From: Carpediemonas membranifera BICM
Lineage: Eukaryota; Protista; Fornicata
Direction: 5' to 3'
DNA length: 64,000 nt
NCBI GenBank assembly: GCA_019828565.1
Contig: JAHDYR010000062.1
Span: forward strand, 545,666-609,665
Under the pieces are notes generated by a model. It made no database searches, was not told the origin of the DNA, and was given only the letters and a program-made list of their open reading frames with translations. Made by a program: the position numbers and the translations under genes. This document shows positions 33,108 through 43,157 of this stretch, piece after piece (positions within the stretch are counted from its first letter, which is position 1; every line of letters starts with the position of its first letter).

Positions 33108-35076
33108 ATGGCCTCGAGAGGCCCAATACGACAAAATCAGTATCAAAATCGACCTACATCCGCCCCACCAGCGCCAGCGAACATTCTGAGGAATGAGGTG
33201 AAGCGCCGTTTCTCAAACAAGGTTATCGTTGTTGTTCGTGTCCGGCCACATCTAGCGAACGAAAGGGCGCAAAAAGCAACGAACATCCTTCATGTGATAG
33301 ACGATAAGAGTGTCAGTTTCGATCCCCGCGAGGAAGGCGAGGTTTATCGTCACGATGTTTGGAAGCGCCAGGCAACTACCTTTGGCTACGATGCCGTCTT
33401 CCCCCGCACGTCCTCGCAGTGGGATGTGTACGCAGCAACCTCTCAGAAGGTGATTGAGCCCGTGCTGGCAGGCTTCAATGCGTCTGTCTTCGCCTACGGG
33501 GCCACCGGGAGTGGTTTGTCAGCCAACCCACGCTAACACAGGAAAGACGTACACCATGATGGGTGATGAGAAGGAGGGGGTGTCTGGAATCATGATGCTG
33601 ACTCTCATTGAGACTTTCAAGCAAATTGACCAGATGCCGGGGGACAAGAGATTCTCGGTATCAGTTTCTTACATCGAGATCTACAACGAGAAGATCAGAG
33701 ATCTGCTCGACGCAAAAAAACGCGATCTCCCCCTGCGTGAAGACCGCAGCCGGGGCACCATTGTCGCGGGGGCGACAGAGAGGGTTGTGCACTCATCCGA
33801 CGGCATCATCGACATCCTCAGAGAGGGCGCCAAGATCCGCACCGAGCACTCCACCGCAGTTAACGAGCACTCGTCCCGCTCACACGCCGTGTTGCAGATT
33901 AAGGTCACCCATCGCGCCGGCAGCGGCACGAGAGTCGGGAAGCTGAGCCTGGTAGACCTGGCAGGGTCAGAACGCGCCTCCCGCACTGGTAATAAGGGCG
34001 ACAGGCTGGCTGAGGGGGCTGCTATCAACAAGAGCCTGCTCTCGCTGGCCAACTGCATCAACGCGCTCTGTCAGCCCCGCGGTAAGGCTGGGCACATACC
34101 CTTCAGGGACTCCAAGCTCACTCGTATGCTCAAGGACAGTCTCGGCGGCCATTGTATGACTTGCATGATCGCTAATGTCAGCCCAGCCTCAGTTGCGACG
34201 GAGGAGACATTCAACACGCTCGTGTATGCCGGTAGAGCAAGAAACATCAAGTCTAAGGCCACAAAGGCGCCCATTGAGCCTGACAGAGGCATGACACCGG
34301 AGCAGGCGGTCGGAGTCGAGGCTGAGTTGGAAAAACTCAAGACCCGTATCGCCCAGCTCGAGAAGGAGAACGCCTCGCTTAAGGCAGCTAACCTCAGTGC
34401 ATCCGACGGCATTCAACAGCACTCAGTCTTCAACAAGACGCCGCCCCTGCCGCCGAGACCACCGCTCACGGTAGCGATGGGCACACAGACTGACGCCCTG
34501 CCGAGCCCCACACCGCCGGCGGTCAAGTCCGACGCGTTCCCTCCCAGACCCGTGTCGAAGCATGCCCAGCAGCGGAGCACCAGCCAGCAGAGCAGAGCTA
34601 GGAGCCAGAGCCAGGTCAGTGCCGTGCCGTTGCACCCCATCCCGCTACACCAGATCACATCATCCCACAGCAGCGGTCAGGCCCAGTCAGCAAGAGGACC
34701 CAGCCCGCACCGCCAAGTGACGCACCCGCCCCCGCCAATCTCGGCGCGGGGCCAGAGACATGGCCCTAGTGCTGATGGTCCAGTCGCACCTGTTCAGCTG
34801 CAGCAACTGAGCGGCTTGGGCGTTTATGGTAGAAGTAAGTCTGCCCCGCGATCGCCCAGTCGGCCCAGTCTTCCCACGGGCAACGGGTCTGGCCGTCGGT
34901 CACGACTCCGACCCAACCCCAAGGTCGCCGGCCGAGTGAGCTTGCAGCCCTTGAATGTGGAGGACCAGCGGGTAGCCCGTGAGCGGAGTGCCAGGTTGCG
35001 GAGGATTAGGAACGACATGAAGGTGACGATGAAGTTCAACGAGCTCAAGGCAGAGTGGGGGCCGCGGGGAAGATGA
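33108..35076 (+). CDS. kinesin-8 family motor (KIF18/KIF19-like); one intron in the P-loop (33514-33541)
   Basis: VVVRVRP, FAYGATGSG|KTYTM after splicing, SSRSHA, LVDLAGSER, NKSLLSLANCINAL, HIPFRDSKLTR. GAT in the P-loop and L.NCINAL are typical of kinesin-8. Confidence 0.88.
33514..33541 (+). other. spliceosomal intron, 28 nt
   Basis: GTTTGT...GCTAACACAG; removal rebuilds the GSGKT Walker A motif. Confidence 0.95.
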
Positions 35077-35223
35077 GGGGACCAGATGGGATGAAGGATC
35101 GGATTATTTCAAGCGCTAAGTTTGTAACAAGCGCAGTATAAAGTGGCTGGTAGTGCTGAGAAGGTTGAGTTGGTATTACATGTTGCGTATATCAGCCATG
35201 TTATTCCCAAGCAAAACAGGAGC

Positions 35224-35664
35224 ATGTCATCAGGACGAGGCGTGGACTGGGCACAGGCGGTTAATTCACTAACCAGTAGCCCCTACTCACACAAAGCGCA
35301 GTTCAGCCCAGCAGCGAGGCATTCTCCGAAGATTTCGTCTTCCTCGTTGAACTCTCCTTCAAAGCGCGATGATTTATCTCTCAGTTCTGCTGAAGCAAGG
35401 GAATTGATGCAAGATATCTCTGGCCCAGTGTCTATTGACTCCGATGGCCACTTTATCAGCAGCCCTTCTCGATCGTCTTCCGCCACAACATCGCCCCTCA
35501 GCGGAAAGGCGAGCCCCAACCACAACTCAGCCCCCCACACTCCCACGGCACACCACAGCTCCCGTCCGAGCCGCCTGAACATCTTGAACCAGCCGCTGGA
35601 CGATGACATTCCCCGGTCGCCCATGGTCGTGGTGACCGACCAGGGGTTCATGGATGCTAATTAG
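35224..35664 (+). CDS. hypothetical Ser/Pro-rich protein
   Basis: ORF only; low complexity. Confidence 0.4.
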   Translation: MSSGRGVDWAQAVNSLTSSPYSHKAQFSPAARHSPKISSSSLNSPSKRDDLSLSSAEARELMQDISGPVSIDSDGHFISSPSRSSSATTSPLSGKASPNHNSAPHTPTAHHSSRPSRLNILNQPLDDDIPRSPMVVVTDQGFMDAN

Positions 35665-35744
35665 TAGGGCGCATTTAGTGCCACTCGGTTGTACTATACT
35701 CTAAATTTTCTCGATAATTTTGGTTTAGATGAATGGGTCTCGCT

Positions 35745-36437
35745 CTAGTCGACCCAGGCGACGCAGACGGTTCCAAACCGACTGGCCATCGTCCCTGCGG
35801 CATCCACCACATCGTCAATAGCAACTTTGCCTCTCGCTACATCCCACTCGATTGCCTCTGGCTGCACCCCGTCTCCAGTGACCCCCGCTTGTCGGGTTTT
35901 CTGGACGAATGGGATAGCTGCCAACACCAGTAATACAGCAGCTACCCCGAGCACTGGCTTCAGGGTGATAGGGCCGACCGGTGCAGTCTGGGCTGGGGCG
36001 GGGGGCTTGGGATGAACGAGAGGGGGAAGCAGCAGTGCGAGAGGGAATTGATTGAATGGACGTGCTGATGGGGCGGAGGGTTTCTCCTGCTGGTGTGGTT
36101 CTGGAGTCATGTGTTGTGGGGGAGCGGCAGGGAGTGTGGGCAACAGTGGTGGGAGCGGAATCACGAATGCGCTGGGCGAATGCTCCGGTTCAATCGTCGT
36201 TATTTCTGTCTCATTCGCGATAATTGTAACATTGTTCACTTCTTCTCTAATGAGAGTGATGATATGCGGTGGCGCCTCTGTGTTCTTGCTCGAAACTGAG
36301 ATGCTGATCCAAACTCGGGATGCTATGGCTATTGATGTCAGTATAATGAAGAACAGTGCCAAGTCTGTCTCATTCTGCTGCGCAATTGCTCCTTTCAGCG
36401 ACCGGCGCATTCTGCCGGCGTCAATCAGAGGAGTCAT
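35745..36437 (-). CDS. hypothetical protein with two TM segments and a Pro-rich linker
   Basis: ORF with two hydrophobic stretches. Confidence 0.45.
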   Translation of the reverse strand: MTPLIDAGRMRRSLKGAIAQQNETDLALFFIILTSIAIASRVWISISVSSKNTEAPPHIITLIREEVNNVTIIANETEITTIEPEHSPSAFVIPLPPLLPTLPAAPPQHMTPEPHQQEKPSAPSARPFNQFPLALLLPPLVHPKPPAPAQTAPVGPITLKPVLGVAAVLLVLAAIPFVQKTRQAGVTGDGVQPEAIEWDVARGKVAIDDVVDAAGTMASRFGTVCVAWVD

Positions 36438-36465
36438 GGAGTCAAGATTATGTCAAGCGCTAGCA

Positions 36466-37878
36466 ATGACTGAAGCAAGGAGGCGGCCAAACCAGCGGCA
36501 TCAGCGAGTGCTGCCTTCTCACTCATCCGACCCGACCTGCAGGTGGCCATGGGAGATTCAATCCGAAGTCTGCAGCGCCAAACTCAACCTCAGTGTTGCA
36601 GTAGACCCATCCACTACCCTCAGCAAGGTCGACGGCTTGATCGCCAAGTGTCTTATTCTGCACTCGATCGTTCCCACGAAACTAATGAACGGACAGACAA
36701 GCGTGCCTGAAATCATCCAGTCGCTACATTCTGCATGGAACACGAGTCTCAAGGATGCCAATCAGTTTCGAGAGCAGTCTATTGACCTCAGAAAGCAGCT
36801 CCTGCTCTCAAAGCGGGAAATTGAGAGCGCTAAGCGCGTAATTGCGGATCTTATTCTCAAGAACGAGAAACTTGAAGCATCCTCTATCCCTGCTGCGCCC
36901 GCTGCGCCAATGCCGACGATTCTTTCCCGCCGTGACGAACTGAAGGTCCCTGGTCGTGTTGCCGCACTCATCCCACTCAACGAGGACATGGTAGCATCGT
37001 TTGGCACTGAGGGCATCTATACGACATCAATCGCTGCCCGCGCGACCACACAGAAAGCTTCTGTGCGACTGGCGGGTGCCGTAGCGATCAAGGATGCCTT
37101 CGTGGGTGTTTCTAGAACGGTCAGTGAGAGTGGGGAGTGGGAAAGTGACCATATCGTGTTCATCGGCAAAGATTGGACCCTATCTTCAAGTCTATACCAC
37201 TATTCCACAAATCGGATCAAGATTGAGAGATTCTGCTCAGATTCAGCAACAAATGCAGTTATCGTGATGTCTGGCAGCCACTGGGACATCCTCACCGTCA
37301 CCCCCACCGCTGCTGCAGTCATATGCTCCGGTGTCCTCGGCACGGGGCGTGTTGGACTCGCGCTCGCATCCCATCCCACAGCTGCCACGGCCGCCATCTC
37401 AGCTGAAGACGGTGACAATGGGCTTATTAGAGTGATCTCGGTCGCGCCTCAGTCTTACAATCAAATGATTGTTGGAAAAGACTTGAGCAAGATTCAAATC
37501 GAAGAATCTGACATCAAGATCGCCGATGATGTCCCGTATGGCCTGACGGTCACATCTGACTCAATCCAGGTCTCGCTCGAGTCGGGTCATTTCGCAGTTT
37601 ACGACCTGGCTTCAAAGGAGCGGCAGCTGTCACAGGACATCCATATGGTCGGTGATGACTTCGTGCATGGGGTTCTTAGGACAGACACGTGTGCCTGTGC
37701 ACTATCTGTGGGCCCCGGTGTTGGAGTCCGGCTGATTTGCCCGACTGGTGGCTACACTACTGGCTGGGCAAACATGGGCAATGGTCAGGCATGTGTGAGC
37801 AGTTTAAGGGAGAGGGGGCGGAGTACTGAGACGGATCTAGGGGTCTGGGGGGTCGGGCTTGATAAAGTTGAGAGCTGA
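36466..37878 (+). CDS. Prp19-like protein (coiled coil plus degenerate beta-propeller)
   Basis: 'TSVPEIIQSLHSAWN...LRKQL....E.ESAKRVIADLI' matches the Prp19 tetramerisation coil (TSIP.IL..LQ.EWD...RQELS......AA.RVIARL). Start uncertain. Confidence 0.6.
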   Translation: MTEARRRPNQRHQRVLPSHSSDPTCRWPWEIQSEVCSAKLNLSVAVDPSTTLSKVDGLIAKCLILHSIVPTKLMNGQTSVPEIIQSLHSAWNTSLKDANQFREQSIDLRKQLLLSKREIESAKRVIADLILKNEKLEASSIPAAPAAPMPTILSRRDELKVPGRVAALIPLNEDMVASFGTEGIYTTSIAARATTQKASVRLAGAVAIKDAFVGVSRTVSESGEWESDHIVFIGKDWTLSSSLYHYSTNRIKIERFCSDSATNAVIVMSGSHWDILTVTPTAAAVICSGVLGTGRVGLALASHPTAATAAISAEDGDNGLIRVISVAPQSYNQMIVGKDLSKIQIEESDIKIADDVPYGLTVTSDSIQVSLESGHFAVYDLASKERQLSQDIHMVGDDFVHGVLRTDTCACALSVGPGVGVRLICPTGGYTTGWANMGNGQACVSSLRERGRSTETDLGVWGVGLDKVES

Positions 37879-38055
37879 GTCATCGTTGCTGATTTGAGTG
37901 ATTGGGGCGGTAATATGTTTTAAAAAGAAGCTGGCTGGCTATACTTGGCCTACTGCACGTGAATATGGCGTTAGAATCTGTGCCCCGTGCCCATGGTGTT
38001 GAATAGGATTTGAATTCGTCAGCTTGCGGGTTTTGAAAAGGCAGAAAACTAGCTA

Positions 38056-39616
38056 ATGTCGAATCGCTTCGTCGTTGCGCATTTTGAGACTTTTCAGAAG
38101 GCACGTGTCGAATTCGTACAAGGACTTGCCGAACTCGCTCAATCGCCGCAAAATATCGAGACTATCAAGGCTCTCGGAGGGTTCGTATTTCCATGCCGAA
38201 AATTCCCGCTTACACAGTATCCCTCTCTGCCGTGGATTGCTTTTAGATAATGTTCCTTCTATCCAGCAGAGTGCGGCGCTCGCTCTCGGTCGCATTGCTG
38301 AGTTCAGCCCCGAGATGGCCGAGCTTGTTGTCTCGAACGACGTTCTGCCCCAGCTTGTGTTCTCTCTCAGCGAACAGAACCGTTTCTACAAGAAGGCTGC
38401 TTCCTTCGTCCTCCGTGCTGTCGCGAAGCACTCTGCTGCCCTCGCACAGGCCGTTGTCGATGCGGGCTCTCTCGAGGCCCTCATCGCCTGCCTCGAAGAG
38501 TTCGACCCCGGCGTGAAGGAGGCTGCCGCGTGGGCCCTTGGCTACATTGCCCGCCACTCCGCCGAGCTCTCGCAATACGTCATCGACGCCGGCGCCGTCC
38601 CCCTCCTCGTCCTTTGTGTCCAGGAGCCCGAGCTCGCCCTCAAGCGCATCTCTGTCTCTGCGCTCAGCGATATCGCGAAGCACTCCGCGGAGCTCGCTCA
38701 GGCAGTCGTTGATGCCGGTGCCATTGCTTATGTCGCACCTCTGATCCAGAACGCGGACGCCAAGCTCAAGCGGCAGGTCTGCTCTGCCTTGGCTCAGATC
38801 GCTAAGCACAACGTCGACCTTGCCGAGCTTGTTGTCGAGGGTGGCATCTTCCCCAAGGCTCTCTTCCTCCTCCGTGACCCTGACGCCGTAGTCCGTCGTA
38901 ACGCCGCGACTCTCGTCCGTGAGGTCGTCAAGCACTCGCCCGAGCTCGCCCAGCTTGTCGTCAACGCCGGCGGCATTGCTGCCCTCGTCGAGTTCACCGA
39001 CGATACCACTGGGGCCGCCCGCCTGCCCGGCATCATGGCTCTCGGCTTCATCAGCGCCTTCTCCGAGACCCTCGCCCGCGCCGTTATCACTGGCAAGGGC
39101 GTCAAGCCCCTCGTCGACTCCCTCGACAAGGAACCCGAGGACCATGTCAAGGCCGCCGCTGCCTGGGCTCTTGGTCAGCTCGGACGCCACTCACCCACCC
39201 ACGCCAAGCAGGTGGCTGACACTAACGTGCTCCCCAAGCTCGTCGACGTTTACCTCGAGTCCGGCGCCTCCGAGGACCTCAAGCAGAAGTGCAAGCGCGC
39301 TGCCAAGAACATCATCCAGAAGTGCGTCCACCTGCCCGCCCTGGATCCCCTGCTCCACATGGCCCCCCTCCCCATCCTCGCATACGTCGTCGGGCAGTAC
39401 GCCAAGGTGCTCCCGTCTGATGTGGAGGCTAGGCGGACGTTCGTTACCAGCGGCGGTCTCCAGAAGGTCCAGCAGCTTCAGGCTGAGCCTGGTAGCAAGC
39501 TCCAGGAGCACATTGATGGAGTGAACCGGTGCTTCCCAGACGAAGTGGTGCGGTACTACTCCCCTAACTACGCTGATACGCTGCTTGAGAAGATCGATCA
39601 GTACAACCCGAATTAA
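38056..39616 (+). CDS. SPAG6: axonemal central-pair armadillo protein PF16/SPAG6; one intron (38181-38217)
   Basis: 'FQKARVEFVQ..AELA..PQNIE', 'QNRFYKKAASFVLRAVAKHS', 'LEEFDPGVKEAAAWALGYIARH', 'VRYYSPNY'. Confidence 0.96.
38181..38217 (+). other. spliceosomal intron, 37 nt
   Basis: GTTCGT...GCTTACACAG; removal joins the two ORFs in frame. Confidence 0.9.
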
Positions 39617-39892
39617 ACTGTATATTTGATGATTGGGCTTTACCTTATCGATCTTGGCACAAGATTCTCCATCGATTTTCCTGAAGTATCAGAGTGCACA
39701 GTGCAAGCACTGCGTCTCTCCACTTCAATTAGCTTGCCCGGAGGCGAAGACTAGCGGCTGGTTAGCCGTAATTGGTGTATCGAAGTATCACTCTCAAGAA
39801 GAAGGAAGGGAGAGCGGGAAGGGGTAATGAAGTATTTGAAGGATTTTCCGGTTTTCGCAGGTTAGGCCACAATCCTCACTGTCGCAGTTGTG

Positions 39893-42800
39893 ATGGACAC
39901 TGAAAGCCATGCAGCGTCATCCACATTTGGTGTTACAGTAGAACAGTTAGATGAGCTGATGGAGTCCCGTGAGAACGGGACCAAGAAGCTCGAGGAATTC
40001 GGCGGCTTGCCCGTCCTGTTCGAGAAGCTGAAGACCTCTGAAGACGGCCTTGGCCAGATTGATATTGACAACGCATGTGCTGATCGTTTCTCCGCTTTCG
40101 GCCGCAACGTCCATGCCACGCCCAAGAGCAAGTCCTTCATTCGTCTTTGGCTCGAGTGCCTCAAAGACCCGATCCTCATCATCCTAATCATCTCCGCCAT
40201 CATTTCCTTCCTCCTTTCCTTCATCCCCAAGGAGGACGAGGGCAGCGAGGGCAACTGGGACTGGATCGAGGGTGTCGCCATCCTCGCCGCCATCGTCATC
40301 GTCTGCACTGTCACTGCTTTCAACGACTGGTCCAAGGAGCGCCAGTTCCGCAAGCTGAACGCTGCCAAGGAGGACCGTATGGTCACCGTCATCCGCACGG
40401 GCGTCCAGCAGACTATCAACATCCACGACCTCGCCGTTGGTGACGTCGTCGACCTCCAGCAGGGCGACCAGCTCCCCGCCGACGGCGTCCTCATCCGCGC
40501 CATCAACCTCGAGTCGGACGAGTCTGCTCTCACGGGCGAGTCCGTCACCGTGAACAAGGACCCGAAGAGCTCGCCGTTCATGCTGTGCGGCTGCACCATC
40601 GCCACTGGCAACGGCGCCATGGTCGTCACCAACGTCGGCATTCACTCTGAGTGGGGCAGGACCCTCGCCTCCCTCGTCAAGGAGCCCGAGCCCACTCCCC
40701 TCCAGAACAAGCTCGACTCCCTCGCCAAGCTCATCGGGTACTTCGGCGCCGGCACCGCGCTCTTCACCGTCCTCGTCCTCGGCATCCGCTGGGCGTATAA
40801 GGAGATCGTGAAGAAGGTCATCATCGACAATGGCACCTTCCACGCCTCATCTCTCACCGCCTGGATCGACTTCATCATCCTCGCAGTCACCATCGTCGTC
40901 GTCGCCGTGCCCGAGGGCCTCCCTCTCGCTGTGACGATATCCCTGGCCTACTCCATGAAGCGTATGATGAAGGACAACAACCTCGTCCGTCACCTCAACG
41001 CCTGCGAGACCATGGGCGGCGCCACCAACATCTGCTCCGACAAGACAGGCACCCTGACCCAGAACAAGATGACCGTCACCCAGGGCTGGTTCGCGGGCAG
41101 ACTGTTCGACCGAGTCCCCGCCCGCGACGAGCTCCCCGCGTCCATCGTCGCCCACATCGGTGTCGGCTCCGCAGTCAACAGCACTGCCTTCCTGCAGGTC
41201 GACGAGGCCGGCCAGCCTGAGTTCGTCGGCTCGAAGACCGAGTGCGCGCTCCTCCAGCTCTCCCGGAACTGGGGCCTCGACTACGTCCCCGTCCGCAAGG
41301 CCACGTCCGAGATCACCGAGTACGACTTCAACTCTGACCGTAAGCGCATGTCCAAGGTCGTCGACATGACCCAGTCGAGCTACGAGGAGGCCGCCCGCGA
41401 CTTCCCCGACTTCACCGCCCACGCTGGCCCCCGCATCTTCTGCAAGGGCGCCTCTGAGATGGTGCTCTCCCTGTGCACGTCGTACCTCGACGAGCAGGGC
41501 CAGGTCGCCCCCATGACCGATGGTGTCCGCAAGTCCATCGACGAGGCCATCATCAGCCTCGCCTCGAACGGCCTCCGCACCATCATCCTTGCATACCGCG
41601 ACATCGAGCCGGGCCAGACCCCCGAGCAGCTTAACGACTCAGACCTCAACGAGAAGGAGCTCACGTGCGTCGGCCTGACTGGCATCATGGACCCCCTCCG
41701 CGAGGAGGTGCCCGAGTCCGTCCGCCGCTGCCAGATGGCGGGCATCATGGTCCGCATGGTCACGGGCGACAACATCCTCACCGCCAAGTCCATCGCCCGG
41801 TCCTGCAACATCCTGACCGAGACGGGCACTGCCATCACCGGGCCCGAGCTCCGCCGCATGACGGACGCCGAGCTCGACGCCGTCATCCCTACTCTCCAGG
41901 TCGTCGCCAGGTCGACCCCTTCTGATAAGCTCAAGCTCGTCACCAGGCTCCGTGCTCTCGGCGAGGTCGTGGCTGTCACGGGCGACGGCGCCAACGACGC
42001 CCCCGCGCTCAAGGAGGCTGACGTCGGCCTTGCCATGGGCATCAGCGGCACTGAGGTCGCCAAGGAGGCCTCCGACATCATCCTGCTCGACGATAACTTC
42101 CACTCTGTCGAAATGGCCATCCTATGGGGGCGTGCAGTTTATGACAACATCCGGAAGTTCCTGCAGTTCCAGCTCACCGTCAACGTCGTAGCCCTCGTCA
42201 TCGCCTTCACCGGCGCCCTCTTCCTCGGCGAGTCTCCCCTCGGCGCTGTCCAGCTTCTCTGGGTCAACCTCATCATGGACACCCTCGCCGCCCTCGCCCT
42301 CGCCACTGAGGGGGCCCCATGAGGGCCTCCTCAAGCGCAAGCCGTACGGCCGCTACGAGGCTCTGATCTCGCCCGACATGTGGAAGAACATCGCCTTCCA
42401 GTCTGTGTTCCAACTGGTCGTGCTCTTCGTCTTCATGGCTATCCTGCCCGACGGCCAGAAGAACGCCCAGTATCTCCGCGACGCGCCCGTGCTGAGCTTC
42501 TTCTACGACTCGGACACCGTCGTCTACCGCAAGGATACGATCATCTTCAACACGTTCGTCTTTAGCCAGCTGTTCAACGAGCTCAACGCCCGTAAGATCA
42601 CCTGGCTGGATTGGAACATTCTCCAGAACATCCACAAGAGCCCCATGTTCATCATCGTCATGGTCGCCACCGTCGTGCTCCAGGTCCTCATCGTCGCCTT
42701 CGGGTCGTACGCCGTCCGTGTCCACTTTCTCGAGCCCCAGGAGTGGGTGTACACCATCGCCATCGCTTTCCTGTCCATCCCCATCGGTTTCATCCAGCAT

Positions 42801-43079
42801 CTGGTCCCCATCCCTGCGCCCCTCGCCAAGCTCCTTGGTAAGATCGGTGCTGCCCGACGCCCTAAGAAGGAAAAGTGGGCCCCCATCGCCGACCAGCTCA
42901 AGCATGAGGAGGACGAGGTCGTCGGAGGCCAGGCTGAGGCCTACCCTGCTGTCCCGGAGAGTGTCAGCCCGGTCTCGACCTCTGATGCCGCGGAGGAGGA
43001 GGTCAACTACGGTATCGCTGAAGAGCCTGCAGTCGAGGTCGACGCTGAGGACGTCAACGTTGAGGAAGGGAGCGACTAA
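39893..43079 (+). CDS. P2B-type Ca2+-ATPase (PMCA) with a single frame break at ~42310-42318
   Basis: LTGES, VVAVPEGLPLAVT, DKTGT, KGASE, MVTGDN, TGDGANDAPALK, QLLWVNLIMDT. Deleting one G from G5 gives ALATEGPHEGLLKRKPYGR and continues into ORF 42378-43079 (FNTFVFSQLFNELNARKI). Confidence 0.93.
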
Positions 43080-43157
43080 TCGGAGAATAGCTATAAATAA
43101 AGGTCACACTGCTGAGACTCCCTCCCGTTCCATCATACATCTTTACTTTTAGACATC

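Noticed and set aside
39827-39889. Possible extra 5' exon and 27-nt intron for PMCA
   Set aside because: In frame, but the acceptor (ACTGTCGCAG) lacks the -6 A seen in all validated introns.
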